From a virus (Duplodnaviria; Caudoviricetes): DNA of 61,071 bases. Below the pieces are notes generated by a model. That model saw nothing but the letters and a program-made list of their open reading frames with translations. It searched no databases and was not told the DNA's origin. The position numbers were made by a program, and so were the translations under genes. The DNA lies in IMG/VR virus record IMGVR_UViG_3300005611_000024, positions 1-61,071 of that record; one strand, given 5' to 3'. Shown here piece after piece: positions 19,496 to 28,498 of the stretch (positions within the stretch are counted from its first letter, which is position 1; each line of letters starts with the position of its first letter).

Positions 19496-20129
19496 TTCTT
19501 ACAGGTATCCTCTCTTGTCCGCTTCTATAAGCATCACGTCTATTTTTACCATCTCCTAAGTTTTTCAATAACTGCATAGATTCATTATACTTGGTTGTGT
19601 ACTGAGTTACCACATCTACGTCTTCTTTCATAAACGCAGCTGCTTCCAATAGTGCACCATAAAACAAAGCAGTATCGAAGTTATCCCCCAACCAAGTATT
19701 ACCAGCAGTAACAATGCTTTCAGGATAATAGTAATAATGCAATTCAGCGGTGTAATTATCATCAGGAGTTGGACCTAAAATCATTGTTGTATCGTCAAAT
19801 ATACCATAGTATTCAGGCTTTGCATAAAACCCTGAGTCAGTGTCAGGGAATGCTTCTCTAACAAAGTTAACATCTTTATTTAAAAGGTAACTATATTCAT
19901 TATTACTATCTATCACTGCGATACTAAAAGTAGACAACCAATCACTCGGTAGTGAAAAGTATTTGTTACCTGAAGTCATTGTACCTGTAGCATTTTTACG
20001 TAAGTCAGGTATTTGCACTGTATTGTAGATGCGTTGCTCTGCATTCTGAATAAATATATTTACATCAGTCGTACTATAATCATTTTCAGTGTACGATTTA
20101 ATAGCTGCAACTAACTCTGTATAATTCAT
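19488..20129 (-). CDS. Head-tail adaptor-like protein
   Basis: MNYTELxxAI...FIQNAEQRI...PxYY...GPTPD...LFYGALLEA pattern. Confidence 0.6.
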   Translation of the reverse strand: MNYTELVAAIKSYTENDYSTTDVNIFIQNAEQRIYNTVQIPDLRKNATGTMTSGNKYFSLPSDWLSTFSIAVIDSNNEYSYLLNKDVNFVREAFPDTDSGFYAKPEYYGIFDDTTMILGPTPDDNYTAELHYYYYPESIVTAGNTWLGDNFDTALFYGALLEAAAFMKEDVDVVTQYTTKYNESMQLLKNLGDGKNRRDAYRSGQERIPVRNG

Positions 20130-20138
20130 CTAATATCC

Positions 20139-20306
20139 TTACGCCATTGGGCCTCTAGCTTTTGTACCTTTTGTAGCTGCTCCATTACCACGAGTAACTA
20201 CACCTTCAGATTTTACATCCTTTTCAGGATAACCTGCAGTGTTAGGCACAGCAACTGTTTCTGGCTGTTTGTATGATTGTGGACAACCTTTTCTGTCTTT
20301 GTTCAT
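20139..20306 (-). CDS. 55-aa basic protein ending RGNGAATKGTKARGPMA
   Basis: Manually translated; AGGAG SD. Confidence 0.75.
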   Translation of the reverse strand: MNKDRKGCPQSYKQPETVAVPNTAGYPEKDVKSEGVVTRGNGAATKGTKARGPMA

Positions 20307-20315
20307 ATTTCACTC

Positions 20316-20669
20316 CTAAGTTGTTGTAACAGTGACTGAACCTACTTGGCCAGTCGATTCTAAATTATCTTCTAATCCTTCTAAAGCTAAAGGATTATTA
20401 AGTCCTACTGGGTCCCAACCATACTGATAATCCCTTTGTTCTGTCAAGTTCCTATCTGGTCTAGGGTCTCTAACAGCTTGTGGGTCATCTACAGGATACA
20501 TTCCTTGCATATTCTGTGGATGGTCTGGTTCCCAACACTCTTTACAAACTTTTATGTTTGTCTCTGTGGTCTTAATAAATAAGTCTTTTAATTCAGTTAA
20601 CTTATATTGAAAACCACATCTATCACATTCTGCAATGGTATGTTTAGCTGATGCATATTTGCGTCCCAT
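20316..20669 (-). CDS. Zn-binding hypothetical protein
   Basis: CDRC...CKEC, EPDHPQ, DPQA..DPRPD. Confidence 0.65.
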   Translation of the reverse strand: MGRKYASAKHTIAECDRCGFQYKLTELKDLFIKTTETNIKVCKECWEPDHPQNMQGMYPVDDPQAVRDPRPDRNLTEQRDYQYGWDPVGLNNPLALEGLEDNLESTGQVGSVTVTTT

Positions 20670-20677
20670 AACTTACC

Positions 20678-21358
20678 TCATATATGTTGTCTACGAGGGG
20701 CAAGTCTCAAGTCAGCTTTCTCTCTATCTTCAGTTGAAGCCAATAACCATTGTTCTTCATACTCTTGTTTTAAAAACTGAGTTCTATCACCTGCATTTGG
20801 TATCTTTAGACTTAGATAAAATGCTAGTCCTGCTACCAAACAAGGTAAAAATCTAAACGGTATATCTTGTGTATTCACACCATTACCTGCATCCTCAATT
20901 CGTTTTAGTGCCCAATAGACAAATGTATAGCTATCATCTTCTGGAGCTGGCCATACATTTATAATCGGTTGCGATACTTGTCTGTTTATCCACACCTGAA
21001 TAGGTCTACCTGTTGCATTTTTATTAGGTATTACTCCATAGGTTGGTGCTGATATTCTAGTAATATTAATGTCTTGTTGGTTACTACCTGTCCCTGTTCT
21101 GATAACTTGTTCAATTAAATCAATCGTATCAGTAGGTAAGTTATAGGTAATAGTTCCTTCAGTGAGAGATACATTACCTTCTTCAATCGTCCATAGATTA
21201 ACACCTCTGTTAGCCCACTCTGCAGTAAGTAAATTTAAACTTCTACGGGCTGTACGTAGGTCATATCCTGTACGTAATTCTGCACCACATCTTTCAAATG
21301 CTTCTTCAACTAATTGGTTTAAATCTAAGTTAAACGTTGTTGTTCCTGATGTCGCCAC
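20678..21358 (-). CDS. Head-tail connector-like protein
   Basis: EEAFERCG...ARRSLNLL..EWANRG...VWPAP; position in structural operon. Confidence 0.55.
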   Translation of the reverse strand: MATSGTTTFNLDLNQLVEEAFERCGAELRTGYDLRTARRSLNLLTAEWANRGVNLWTIEEGNVSLTEGTITYNLPTDTIDLIEQVIRTGTGSNQQDINITRISAPTYGVIPNKNATGRPIQVWINRQVSQPIINVWPAPEDDSYTFVYWALKRIEDAGNGVNTQDIPFRFLPCLVAGLAFYLSLKIPNAGDRTQFLKQEYEEQWLLASTEDREKADLRLAPRRQHI

Positions 21359-21669
21359 TATACTATCCTTCCTCTTGTTCTGCCACGTTTAGCAATTCCA
21401 TCACCACGATGGGCTTTAGCTTTCTTTACTTTACCGCCTTTTTTATATTTCTTTATAACTTTTCCAGTAGCATTATCTGTAAGAGTACCTTTAAACGAAC
21501 CTGGATTGTTTAATATTCCTTGACCTGCTAATTTAAGTAAGTAAGAATTTCCAATGTCAGGGGTTGCGTTTACTTGTGACATTTTTGAAGCCATAGCAAA
21601 CAGTCTAGGATTATTACCAAAAAATCTTGATAGGTCTTTTACATTTAACGCTTTTTTATCTTTAGCCAT
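21358..21669 (-). CDS. Small basic protein (YKKGG; C-terminal DGIAKRGRTRGRIV)
   Basis: ORF track; K/R-rich. Confidence 0.7.
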   Translation of the reverse strand: MAKDKKALNVKDLSRFFGNNPRLFAMASKMSQVNATPDIGNSYLLKLAGQGILNNPGSFKGTLTDNATGKVIKKYKKGGKVKKAKAHRGDGIAKRGRTRGRIV

Positions 21670-21950
21670 TATGTTTTCTTCCTTCTCCTAAGTGGTGCTA
21701 CTCTACGTGGTTTTCCAGCTGGTTGCCCAAGTCTTTTCTTTTGAGCAATACGCTTCTTCTTTTGAGCTGCCGTCATTTCTCCTGATGTTTTAGGAGTTTT
21801 ACTTGACACTCGTTTACTAGGTCTGCAATAAGGTGTACCACGTTTCTCACCTTTTTGACGACCACAGGCTTTGCCTGTTCTTACATCCTTCCAGTCTTCC
21901 TTAAACCATCGCTTTAATGCAAGACCTTTTTTCGTCTTACGAACGGCCAT
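21669..21950 (-). CDS. Small basic protein (LKRWFKEDW, CGR, PYCRP)
   Basis: ORF track; coupled. Confidence 0.7.
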   Translation of the reverse strand: MAVRKTKKGLALKRWFKEDWKDVRTGKACGRQKGEKRGTPYCRPSKRVSSKTPKTSGEMTAAQKKKRIAQKKRLGQPAGKPRRVAPLRRRKKT

Positions 21951-22126
21951 TACTTTTTACCGCCTCGTTTCTTCCTGCATTTAGCAATCGCACCAGAAGC
22001 ATAAGCACTAGGAAAAACTTTATATTGTGCTTTCACCTTATGATAACACGCATCTTTAACACTACCACCTTTTTTAAGGGCAATAGGTTTTTTCATAGCT
22101 CTTCCCATTCCACGACATTTCATCAT
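21950..22126 (-). CDS. 58-aa basic protein (LKKGG; PSAYASG)
   Basis: Manually translated MMKCRGMGRAMKK...RGGKK; TAATG coupling. Confidence 0.75.
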   Translation of the reverse strand: MMKCRGMGRAMKKPIALKKGGSVKDACYHKVKAQYKVFPSAYASGAIAKCRKKRGGKK

Positions 22127-22128
22127 AT

Positions 22129-22410
22129 TTACTTACCTGCTCTAGTTCTACCACGCATAGCTATACCATCACGCTTACACTTAGCCATACCACCGTGTTT
22201 CATCTTCTTAACAGTGCCACCATACATCATTTTCTTAGATTTTTTCTTATGAGCTGAATCCTTCATAAGTTTTCCATCAGGCATATAATGCATTCCTTTA
22301 GGTGCTTTCTTTTTAGTCATACCACCTTTCTTCATATAACCCATCTTATTACGAACTTCTGTTGGTAACTTAGCTAGACCTGGATTTTTTTGTTTATCTA
22401 CAGGTTTCAT
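22129..22410 (-). CDS. Small basic Met/Lys-rich protein (three xxGG motifs)
   Basis: ORF track. Confidence 0.7.
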   Translation of the reverse strand: MKPVDKQKNPGLAKLPTEVRNKMGYMKKGGMTKKKAPKGMHYMPDGKLMKDSAHKKKSKKMMYGGTVKKMKHGGMAKCKRDGIAMRGRTRAGK

Positions 22411-22883
22411 TACACCATTCTCCCTTTTGTTTTACCGCGTACAGCACATCCATCACGTCTACTAACTTTACCGCCTGACTTCATCATTTTAACTTTACCA
22501 CCATAAGCCATTTGACCCATAGTTCCTGCAGCATTTCTTTTTACTATTTTTTTCTTACGTTGTAAATTACCAGCGTCTCCTGGCATACCACCCATCATAC
22601 CACTTCTACCAACTTTAGATTCACCCTTAGCTAATGTACGAGGAGGTGTCATACCTCTGTTACTAATCTTAAGAGGACCTGTATTGGTGCTCATGCCAAA
22701 TTTCTTTTTAAAATTACTTATATCACCTTTTATACCTTTGATTTCTTTTGAAAAAAGTTTCTTTTTCATAGAATCGCCTTTTGATTTATCTAATCTATTT
22801 TGAGCTCTACTTAATCTACCTTCAAGCATTTTTAACTTGTTTTTATCTTTTAATCTCATTAAATTACTTCCACCAACTGCCAT
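22410..22883 (-). CDS. Basic protein (MAYGG, MKSGG; C-terminal DGCAVRGKTKGRMV)
   Basis: ORF track; SD upstream. Confidence 0.7.
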   Translation of the reverse strand: MAVGGSNLMRLKDKNKLKMLEGRLSRAQNRLDKSKGDSMKKKLFSKEIKGIKGDISNFKKKFGMSTNTGPLKISNRGMTPPRTLAKGESKVGRSGMMGGMPGDAGNLQRKKKIVKRNAAGTMGQMAYGGKVKMMKSGGKVSRRDGCAVRGKTKGRMV

Positions 22884-22909
22884 TTTCCTTCTCCTATATT
22901 AAATTAAAA

Positions 22910-23563
22910 TTAACGTTGTCCAAACTTTTGACCTGCACGGTTAGCTTTTGTTGGGTCAAATCGTCTGTTTCTGTTTTTAACTACGGTACTCTTCTTTCTT
23001 TCATCAAGCTTACCACCTAACGGTCCTTTAGGTCCTGATAATCTACCTTTACTACCACCCATAATATCAGATTTTCTTATCTTAGATTCACCTGGAGATA
23101 ACTTACGTTTTTGAATAGGTGCTTTATTTTTAGGTGTTGGTTTTTTAGCTACAGGTTTTTTCTTTTTACCAGCAAACTCTTTATATCCATAATAAGCCGC
23201 TGTCGCAAGAGCACCTGGAATACCAAACTTACCAACTGGGGACCTTACAACATTTTTAGCAACGTTACCTATTTTCTTTAATGTACCAGAAGCTTTCTTA
23301 GCTGTAGCAGGTAAGTTTTTCTTAGCTACAGTTTTAGCTGTAGCAGGTAAGTTTTTCTTAGCTACAGTTGTAGGTGTTTTTCTTACTGTTTTCTTAGTTG
23401 CAAGGTTTGCACTTACTTTCTTTTTAGGTACAGTTGTAGGTGTTTTTCTTACTGTTTTCTTAGTTGCAAGGTTTGCACTTACTTTCTTTTTGTTTCTACC
23501 ACCTGCTACAATACCTGCATTTTTCGTGGTTTTTTCCTTTCTAACTTTATCAACCATTTCCAT
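22910..23563 (-). CDS. Histone-H1-like Lys/Ala/Thr-rich protein with tandem repeats
   Basis: KKKVSANLATKKTVRKTPTT x2 and VAKKNLPATAK x2. Confidence 0.65.
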   Translation of the reverse strand: MEMVDKVRKEKTTKNAGIVAGGRNKKKVSANLATKKTVRKTPTTVPKKKVSANLATKKTVRKTPTTVAKKNLPATAKTVAKKNLPATAKKASGTLKKIGNVAKNVVRSPVGKFGIPGALATAAYYGYKEFAGKKKKPVAKKPTPKNKAPIQKRKLSPGESKIRKSDIMGGSKGRLSGPKGPLGGKLDERKKSTVVKNRNRRFDPTKANRAGQKFGQR

Positions 23564-23571
23564 CTCCTAAA

Positions 23572-23799
23572 TTATTTACCTACCCACCAGGTTATGATTG
23601 ACCCAGCGATAGCTCCAAAAAAGCCGAAGAACCAAAGCCCTACAGCTTTACCACCTTTAAATTCAGCTAATATCTTCTCAATATTATCTATCTTAGCATC
23701 CATTCTATCGACCTTCTCTATAATATGGTCAATATCTTTTTTCATATGTTCTATTTCAACATTGTGAACGGCTACTGTTTCTTGCACTTTATCTTCCAT
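23572..23799 (-). CDS. Small coiled-coil plus C-terminal TM protein
   Basis: Heptads then a hydrophobic helix. Confidence 0.65.
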   Translation of the reverse strand: MEDKVQETVAVHNVEIEHMKKDIDHIIEKVDRMDAKIDNIEKILAEFKGGKAVGLWFFGFFGAIAGSIITWWVGK

Positions 23800-23800
23800 G

Positions 23801-24109
23801 TTAACACTTCCATCTTTTTCTAGCCTGCCTTAATCTAGAATTTGGGTTCTTAGCTGCTTTAGGAAACATCTTCATTTGCCCTGCACTACGTGCACAAAAT
23901 GACTTACGTCTTTTTGCTCTAGCCTTTGAAGGTTTATCTTCTGTTACAGCAGTTTTAAGTTTACTACCAGGGTTGGCTTTACGATAGGCTTTGACCCCTT
24001 TCGTAGTCATACCCGCTCCCGTCTTAGTCGGGCGAAAATTACCCGACTTTACAGAAGTTTTAATTCCCATTCCTTTTCGTTTGACTGTTTTTTTCTTAGT
24101 AACGGCCAT
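23801..24109 (-). CDS. Small basic protein (RRKSFCARS...RLRQARKRWKC)
   Basis: Recognisable recurrent phage family motif. Confidence 0.7.
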   Translation of the reverse strand: MAVTKKKTVKRKGMGIKTSVKSGNFRPTKTGAGMTTKGVKAYRKANPGSKLKTAVTEDKPSKARAKRRKSFCARSAGQMKMFPKAAKNPNSRLRQARKRWKC

Positions 24110-24111
24110 AC

Positions 24112-24717
24112 TTATCCACAGAATAGTACTGTATTAGTAACATTAGTAATAGTAACCACAGAAAAATCTGTAATGCTACTACCTGTCGATGTTGTTAATA
24201 TGCCTGTGCCTGGTAAGAACATATCTTGTGTCCCAGTTGCACTTGCTGGTGTTGCTATATTTAACAACTCTGTACCTGAGCTACTATTTAAATTAACTTT
24301 TATGCTACCCGCTGAACCACTAGCTAAATAATAGAACCCTTTTAGTCGAGTTCTAGGTAAAGCTATTGACCCAGTAGTTCCTATACTTACGTTTCCTGCT
24401 GAAGCACCTGATGCAGTAATACTTGTAATCACTGCAAAAAAATTAGTGGAATCAGCTGTACTAGCATTAGCACCTGTAACGACTTCTGTAGTTGAGTCTC
24501 CTGTTAGTGTGTTACCTACAGTAATACCAACGATAGTAAAAGTAATACCACTGTCATTACCTGCAGAAGTAAATCTAACTTTATAACCTACACCGTTAGG
24601 ACCTGCATCATTTGTAAGTAGGGTTAAAGCCCCAGCTCCTCCAATCGATGCTGCGGCTCTATAGTATGTAGCACTCGTGGAAGGGGTTACTGCCCATATA
24701 TCTCCATTGTTGCTCAT
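24112..24717 (-). CDS. Virion structural/decoration protein
   Basis: Thr/Gly/Ser-rich, downstream of capsid. Confidence 0.55.
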   Translation of the reverse strand: MSNNGDIWAVTPSTSATYYRAAASIGGAGALTLLTNDAGPNGVGYKVRFTSAGNDSGITFTIVGITVGNTLTGDSTTEVVTGANASTADSTNFFAVITSITASGASAGNVSIGTTGSIALPRTRLKGFYYLASGSAGSIKVNLNSSSGTELLNIATPASATGTQDMFLPGTGILTTSTGSSITDFSVVTITNVTNTVLFCG

Positions 24718-24730
24718 ATCCTATCTCCTA

Positions 24731-25207
24731 TTAAGCAATAGTTGCTAGTGGTGAAGAAAGTGTTTCTGCTTTCCATGTAGAGTTTGTACCATCGTCAGAT
24801 ACACATGTTAATTTCACTCTTGAGTTTACAACTGTTGAGTTTCCTAAAGTTAATGTATCACCTGCAACGTCACTAGCTGGGTTAGCAGCTGCACCGCCCA
24901 TAAGTTGTAAAGCACCAAAGAAGTTAGATACTCCTGCACCTGGTAAAACGAAAGTAACAGTTTTAGCAGCACCTACAGCTGTAGTTACAAAAAATTCATA
25001 GGATACTCCTACGTTGCCTGTGTTTAACGCAGGCATATTAACAACGATATCGCCTGTGCCATCTACTTCAAATAAAGTACCTGATTGAGCTACTGTTAAA
25101 GTTGTAGTAACAGCACCGCCTGTGTTTAGTGTTGAGTTATCTACTACGACTGGACCATTGAAACCTGCATTTGAGGTGACTGGACCTGAAAATGTTGTTC
25201 TTGACAT
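24731..25207 (-). CDS. Virion structural/decoration protein
   Basis: Start MSRTTFSGPV after GGAG SD. Confidence 0.6.
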   Translation of the reverse strand: MSRTTFSGPVTSNAGFNGPVVVDNSTLNTGGAVTTTLTVAQSGTLFEVDGTGDIVVNMPALNTGNVGVSYEFFVTTAVGAAKTVTFVLPGAGVSNFFGALQLMGGAAANPASDVAGDTLTLGNSTVVNSRVKLTCVSDDGTNSTWKAETLSSPLATIA

Positions 25208-25215
25208 TATAATAT

Positions 25216-25292
25216 CTCCATACAAAGTTCAAACTTATCTATCGTGTATGCGTCTGTCGGGGCAGTTAGATAAGTTATATTGTTCCCGATGG
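25216..25292 (-). ncRNA. Structured cis-RNA downstream of capsid gene (candidate Mu-gpT-DE-like motif)
   Basis: Perfect 10-bp stem (25232-41/25267-76), inner CUG/CAG hairpin, 6-bp pseudoknot reaching the SD; family name recalled, unverified. Confidence 0.55.
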
Positions 25293-25326
25293 TTTAAATT
25301 ATACTCTTTTTGAAATTAATTTAAAG

Positions 25327-25365
25327 AAAAAAAGAAACTCTCTACGAGAGATGGTAGAGAGTTTC
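25327..25365 (-). terminator. Intrinsic terminator after major capsid gene
   Basis: 12-bp stem GAAACTCTCTAC/GTAGAGAGTTTC followed by U7 on minus strand. Confidence 0.85.
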
Positions 25366-25417
25366 AATGAAGACCTAGAAACTATGAGAAAACTAGGTAT
25401 CCAAAACACTTAGTGCA

Positions 25418-26326
25418 TTAAGCACCTTGTGAACCCCACATTCCTAGTGGGTCTGACCAACCAAATGAATATCTTTCACGGGCTTTGTATCTTACATTAC
25501 CTGTGTCGAAATCACCGTCCATAGATGTAGTTAATGGTGTTCTAACAAAATGTTTTAGACCATTTGGTACATCGGTTGTTAGGAAGTATGCATCAGTATC
25601 TGTTAGATAGTGATTAATTGCATACCCTTCAGGTATCGCACCATTAGTTCTAATAGCGTTGATATCGTTATCAGCTGTAGCTGTACGTAGCTCAGTATCT
25701 AATAAACGTGTAGCAACGAATTGTAAGCTTGGTGGGATAATTAGTTTACGTGGCTTAGCAGCAATCAATAAACCTCTTTCATCTGTCCACGCAGCTATTT
25801 GAATAACCGCATTTTCTAATGATGACTCGTTTAAGTCAGCAGCTGTTGTTTGAGTATTGCTATTTGTACCACCTGATACTAATGGGTGAGCTGTGCTAAA
25901 TAATGTAACACCATCACCACCTGTAGGACCACCTGAGAAACCATTGTTTAATACGTTAGCAGCTTTCACTTGTTTTGTGTTAGCCATTGAACGTGCTAAA
26001 GCTTTTGTGTATCTCGCAGATAAAGTATCGTAAAGGTTATCCTCTACAGCTTCTTCTGTTAGTGAGAAACCTAAAGCTATGGTTTCGTGGTTATATCTAG
26101 CTGTGAACGCTTCTTGAGCATTGTCATAAGCGATGGCAGAACCTTCGTTTTTGACAGGTGCTTGTCCAAAGCCAGATAGTTTTGTTTCTTCTTCGAAACT
26201 TCTTTCCGAAGATTCAGTTTCGTAGATTTCTTTGTGCTCTTCCCCATAACGCTCGTATTCCATTCCGAATAAAGCATTAAGGCCAGGAAGCAACTCTTTT
26301 AATAATTGAGCTCTTGAAATTGCCAT
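25418..26326 (-). CDS. Major capsid protein (Mu gpT-like)
   Basis: MAISRAQLLKELLPGLNALFG..., GGDGVTLFSTAHP, DFDTGNVRYKARERYSFGWSDP. Confidence 0.9.
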   Translation of the reverse strand: MAISRAQLLKELLPGLNALFGMEYERYGEEHKEIYETESSERSFEEETKLSGFGQAPVKNEGSAIAYDNAQEAFTARYNHETIALGFSLTEEAVEDNLYDTLSARYTKALARSMANTKQVKAANVLNNGFSGGPTGGDGVTLFSTAHPLVSGGTNSNTQTTAADLNESSLENAVIQIAAWTDERGLLIAAKPRKLIIPPSLQFVATRLLDTELRTATADNDINAIRTNGAIPEGYAINHYLTDTDAYFLTTDVPNGLKHFVRTPLTTSMDGDFDTGNVRYKARERYSFGWSDPLGMWGSQGA

Positions 26327-26338
26327 GATTTATTCTCC

Positions 26339-26944
26339 TTAAATACCAGTCTTGTTAAGATAGCTGTGGCTATCTGGGTTGAACTTAACTAACACGTCAG
26401 TAAACGCATCTCCTACTGAAGAATTTGGTGAGTCAACGAAATCAACGACTCTGAACGCAAATCCTGAAGTAGTAGCTACTGTTGCATCTAGTGCTGTATT
26501 TGAATTACCTGTAACAGTAGAACCAGTCGAAGTAGACTGAACTGCTGCTAAATGAGCATTAGAACCTAGTGTAGCTTGAGCCATAGTGGCATCTGCTTGC
26601 ACTTGTAATAATGTATCAGGGTCATCTACGACATAAGCTACTGCATCACTAGCAACAGTGCTAGCTGGCCAATATTGTGCGAACAATTTTTGGCTTGTAT
26701 TTGGGTCTGTGTATGAACAACCTACAAACACACCAACTGTCCCCGCAGGGAATGGTGTTGAGTTATCTCCGTTTGTAGTAACTATTTCAATGGTACCCGC
26801 TGCTACTACAGAAACGATTGACCCATTGAAAATGTTTGTATTATACCCAGACGCAATTTTAATTTGACGAGTAGAACCAGCATAAGGCTGACCACCAATC
26901 AAATTTACGGGTTTGAAACCGTAAGGTGCGGCTGAACTTGCCAT
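26339..26944 (-). CDS. Capsid decoration/cement protein
   Basis: Immediately upstream of MCP; beta-rich with VGVFVGC and VVDDP. Confidence 0.6.
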   Translation of the reverse strand: MASSAAPYGFKPVNLIGGQPYAGSTRQIKIASGYNTNIFNGSIVSVVAAGTIEIVTTNGDNSTPFPAGTVGVFVGCSYTDPNTSQKLFAQYWPASTVASDAVAYVVDDPDTLLQVQADATMAQATLGSNAHLAAVQSTSTGSTVTGNSNTALDATVATTSGFAFRVVDFVDSPNSSVGDAFTDVLVKFNPDSHSYLNKTGI

Positions 26945-26965
26945 AATATTATCTCCTTAAAAGAA

Positions 26966-27433
26966 TTATTTATTTCCTTTTCCAAAAGAAGTAGTTGACT
27001 TTTTATCAGAGAACAACGGCATTCTAGGGTCATTTTGACGCATTAAATTTTGGTCAACCGCCTGCTCTTGAGCTTGGGCTTTTTCCCTAAAATATTCATT
27101 TCTCTGGTCTACCATTTCTTGTGGCATTTTACATAATAGCAGTCCACCAATCTCAATACCGTCTTTGAATCTTGAGTTAGGGTCTGCTGGTATTTGTACC
27201 TCTGGGTGGTCTGAATGTTTCACAGGCTCCCAGCCTTCACGCATACGAGAGGACACATTTAGGTTATCAGCTTCATTCACCAACGACACTCTAATCCAAC
27301 GATACGCCCAGCCAGCTTCATGCTTGATTTCTGGTAATGTTGAACGAGGTTGCCACTGTTTATTTCGAACTTCAGTTTCTTCTCGAACTACTGCTTCTCT
27401 ACTCTTACGATTGTTGCTTTTATCCATTTGCAT
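26966..27433 (-). CDS. Conserved head-module protein
   Basis: GWAYRWIR...REGWEPV...GGLLLCKMP between scaffold and capsid genes. Confidence 0.65.
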   Translation of the reverse strand: MQMDKSNNRKSREAVVREETEVRNKQWQPRSTLPEIKHEAGWAYRWIRVSLVNEADNLNVSSRMREGWEPVKHSDHPEVQIPADPNSRFKDGIEIGGLLLCKMPQEMVDQRNEYFREKAQAQEQAVDQNLMRQNDPRMPLFSDKKSTTSFGKGNK

Positions 27434-28484
27434 TCTCCGTTTTAATTAATTCGCGTGCATATTGCTCTGGTGTTAGCTTGAATTTCTTTGCTAAAGCTAA
27501 CTGTGTCTTTGTCAATCTAACCTTTTTAGGGCCAGTTGACCTTGTTGCTGGAGCAACTACAGTTGAAGGTTTGCGTTGGGCAGGTTTAGCCTCTTCCAAC
27601 GTATCAGTCCCAAAATATTCTGGGAATCGTTTTTGCATAGTACTATCAATACTACGGTAATACTCTTCAGATGATGGATTTACTCCACTTCTGACTAACT
27701 TTTCATGCAGTCCTAATGCTAATGAAGTCATTTCTTCATCTTGACCGAACCAGGTGTTTCTTTCTTGCCAAGCAAGTGCCTTCGCATCTGGTCGTGGAAC
27801 ACTAGGTTTCACTGTATCTTGTCTTGAAGATACCGCATTTTCATTAGTTTGTAAAGTCTCTTGATTATATTGAGGCTGTCTATCTTGAGCTTGACCCAAT
27901 TTATATTGAGCTTCGTTCATTTTAGTTTGAGCTTCTACTAACTTTTCACTATCACCTGCATCATAAGCTTCTCTATACTCTCTTTGAGCAATCGCTAAAT
28001 CACTCGTATATTTCTCTTGAAGAGTCTTTAGATAATCTGCCTCTCCTGTTGAAAGTGTTTCTTTAAGCTTTCTATTCTCTAACATAATTTGTTCGGCAAT
28101 TCTTGCAGCTTCAGCTCTTTCGCGGTCTGCTGCTTCTTTTGCACGTCTTTCATCATGCCAAGCTTTTTTCAACTGAGCCATTCTGTTTTTTACTCTATCT
28201 GAATAATCATCTAAAGTATCAGCATCAAGCTCTTCTTTTACTTCATCAGGTAAAGGTTGTCTATTTCTATCTGCTCTCGGAGTATCATCTTCAATCTCAA
28301 TATCAAAATCTAACTCTCCTTGGACAGGTTCAGCTTCTTTTTTAGGTTGTTTTGGAGCTTCTTCAGGAATTTCTACATCACCTGTGTTTTGCTCTTGAGC
28401 AACCTTATCAGCTTCACTAGCCTTTACCTCAACCTCTTCCTCATCAAGTAACTCATCAGGAATCTCATTGATTATCTTTGCCAT
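27420..28484 (-). CDS. Capsid scaffolding protein
   Basis: Acidic N-terminus, coiled coil, C-terminal LTxTQxxLAKKxxLTPEQYA. Confidence 0.7.
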   Translation of the reverse strand: MAKIINEIPDELLDEEEVEVKASEADKVAQEQNTGDVEIPEEAPKQPKKEAEPVQGELDFDIEIEDDTPRADRNRQPLPDEVKEELDADTLDDYSDRVKNRMAQLKKAWHDERRAKEAADRERAEAARIAEQIMLENRKLKETLSTGEADYLKTLQEKYTSDLAIAQREYREAYDAGDSEKLVEAQTKMNEAQYKLGQAQDRQPQYNQETLQTNENAVSSRQDTVKPSVPRPDAKALAWQERNTWFGQDEEMTSLALGLHEKLVRSGVNPSSEEYYRSIDSTMQKRFPEYFGTDTLEEAKPAQRKPSTVVAPATRSTGPKKVRLTKTQLALAKKFKLTPEQYARELIKTENANG

Positions 28485-28498
28485 CTCTGCTCTCCATG

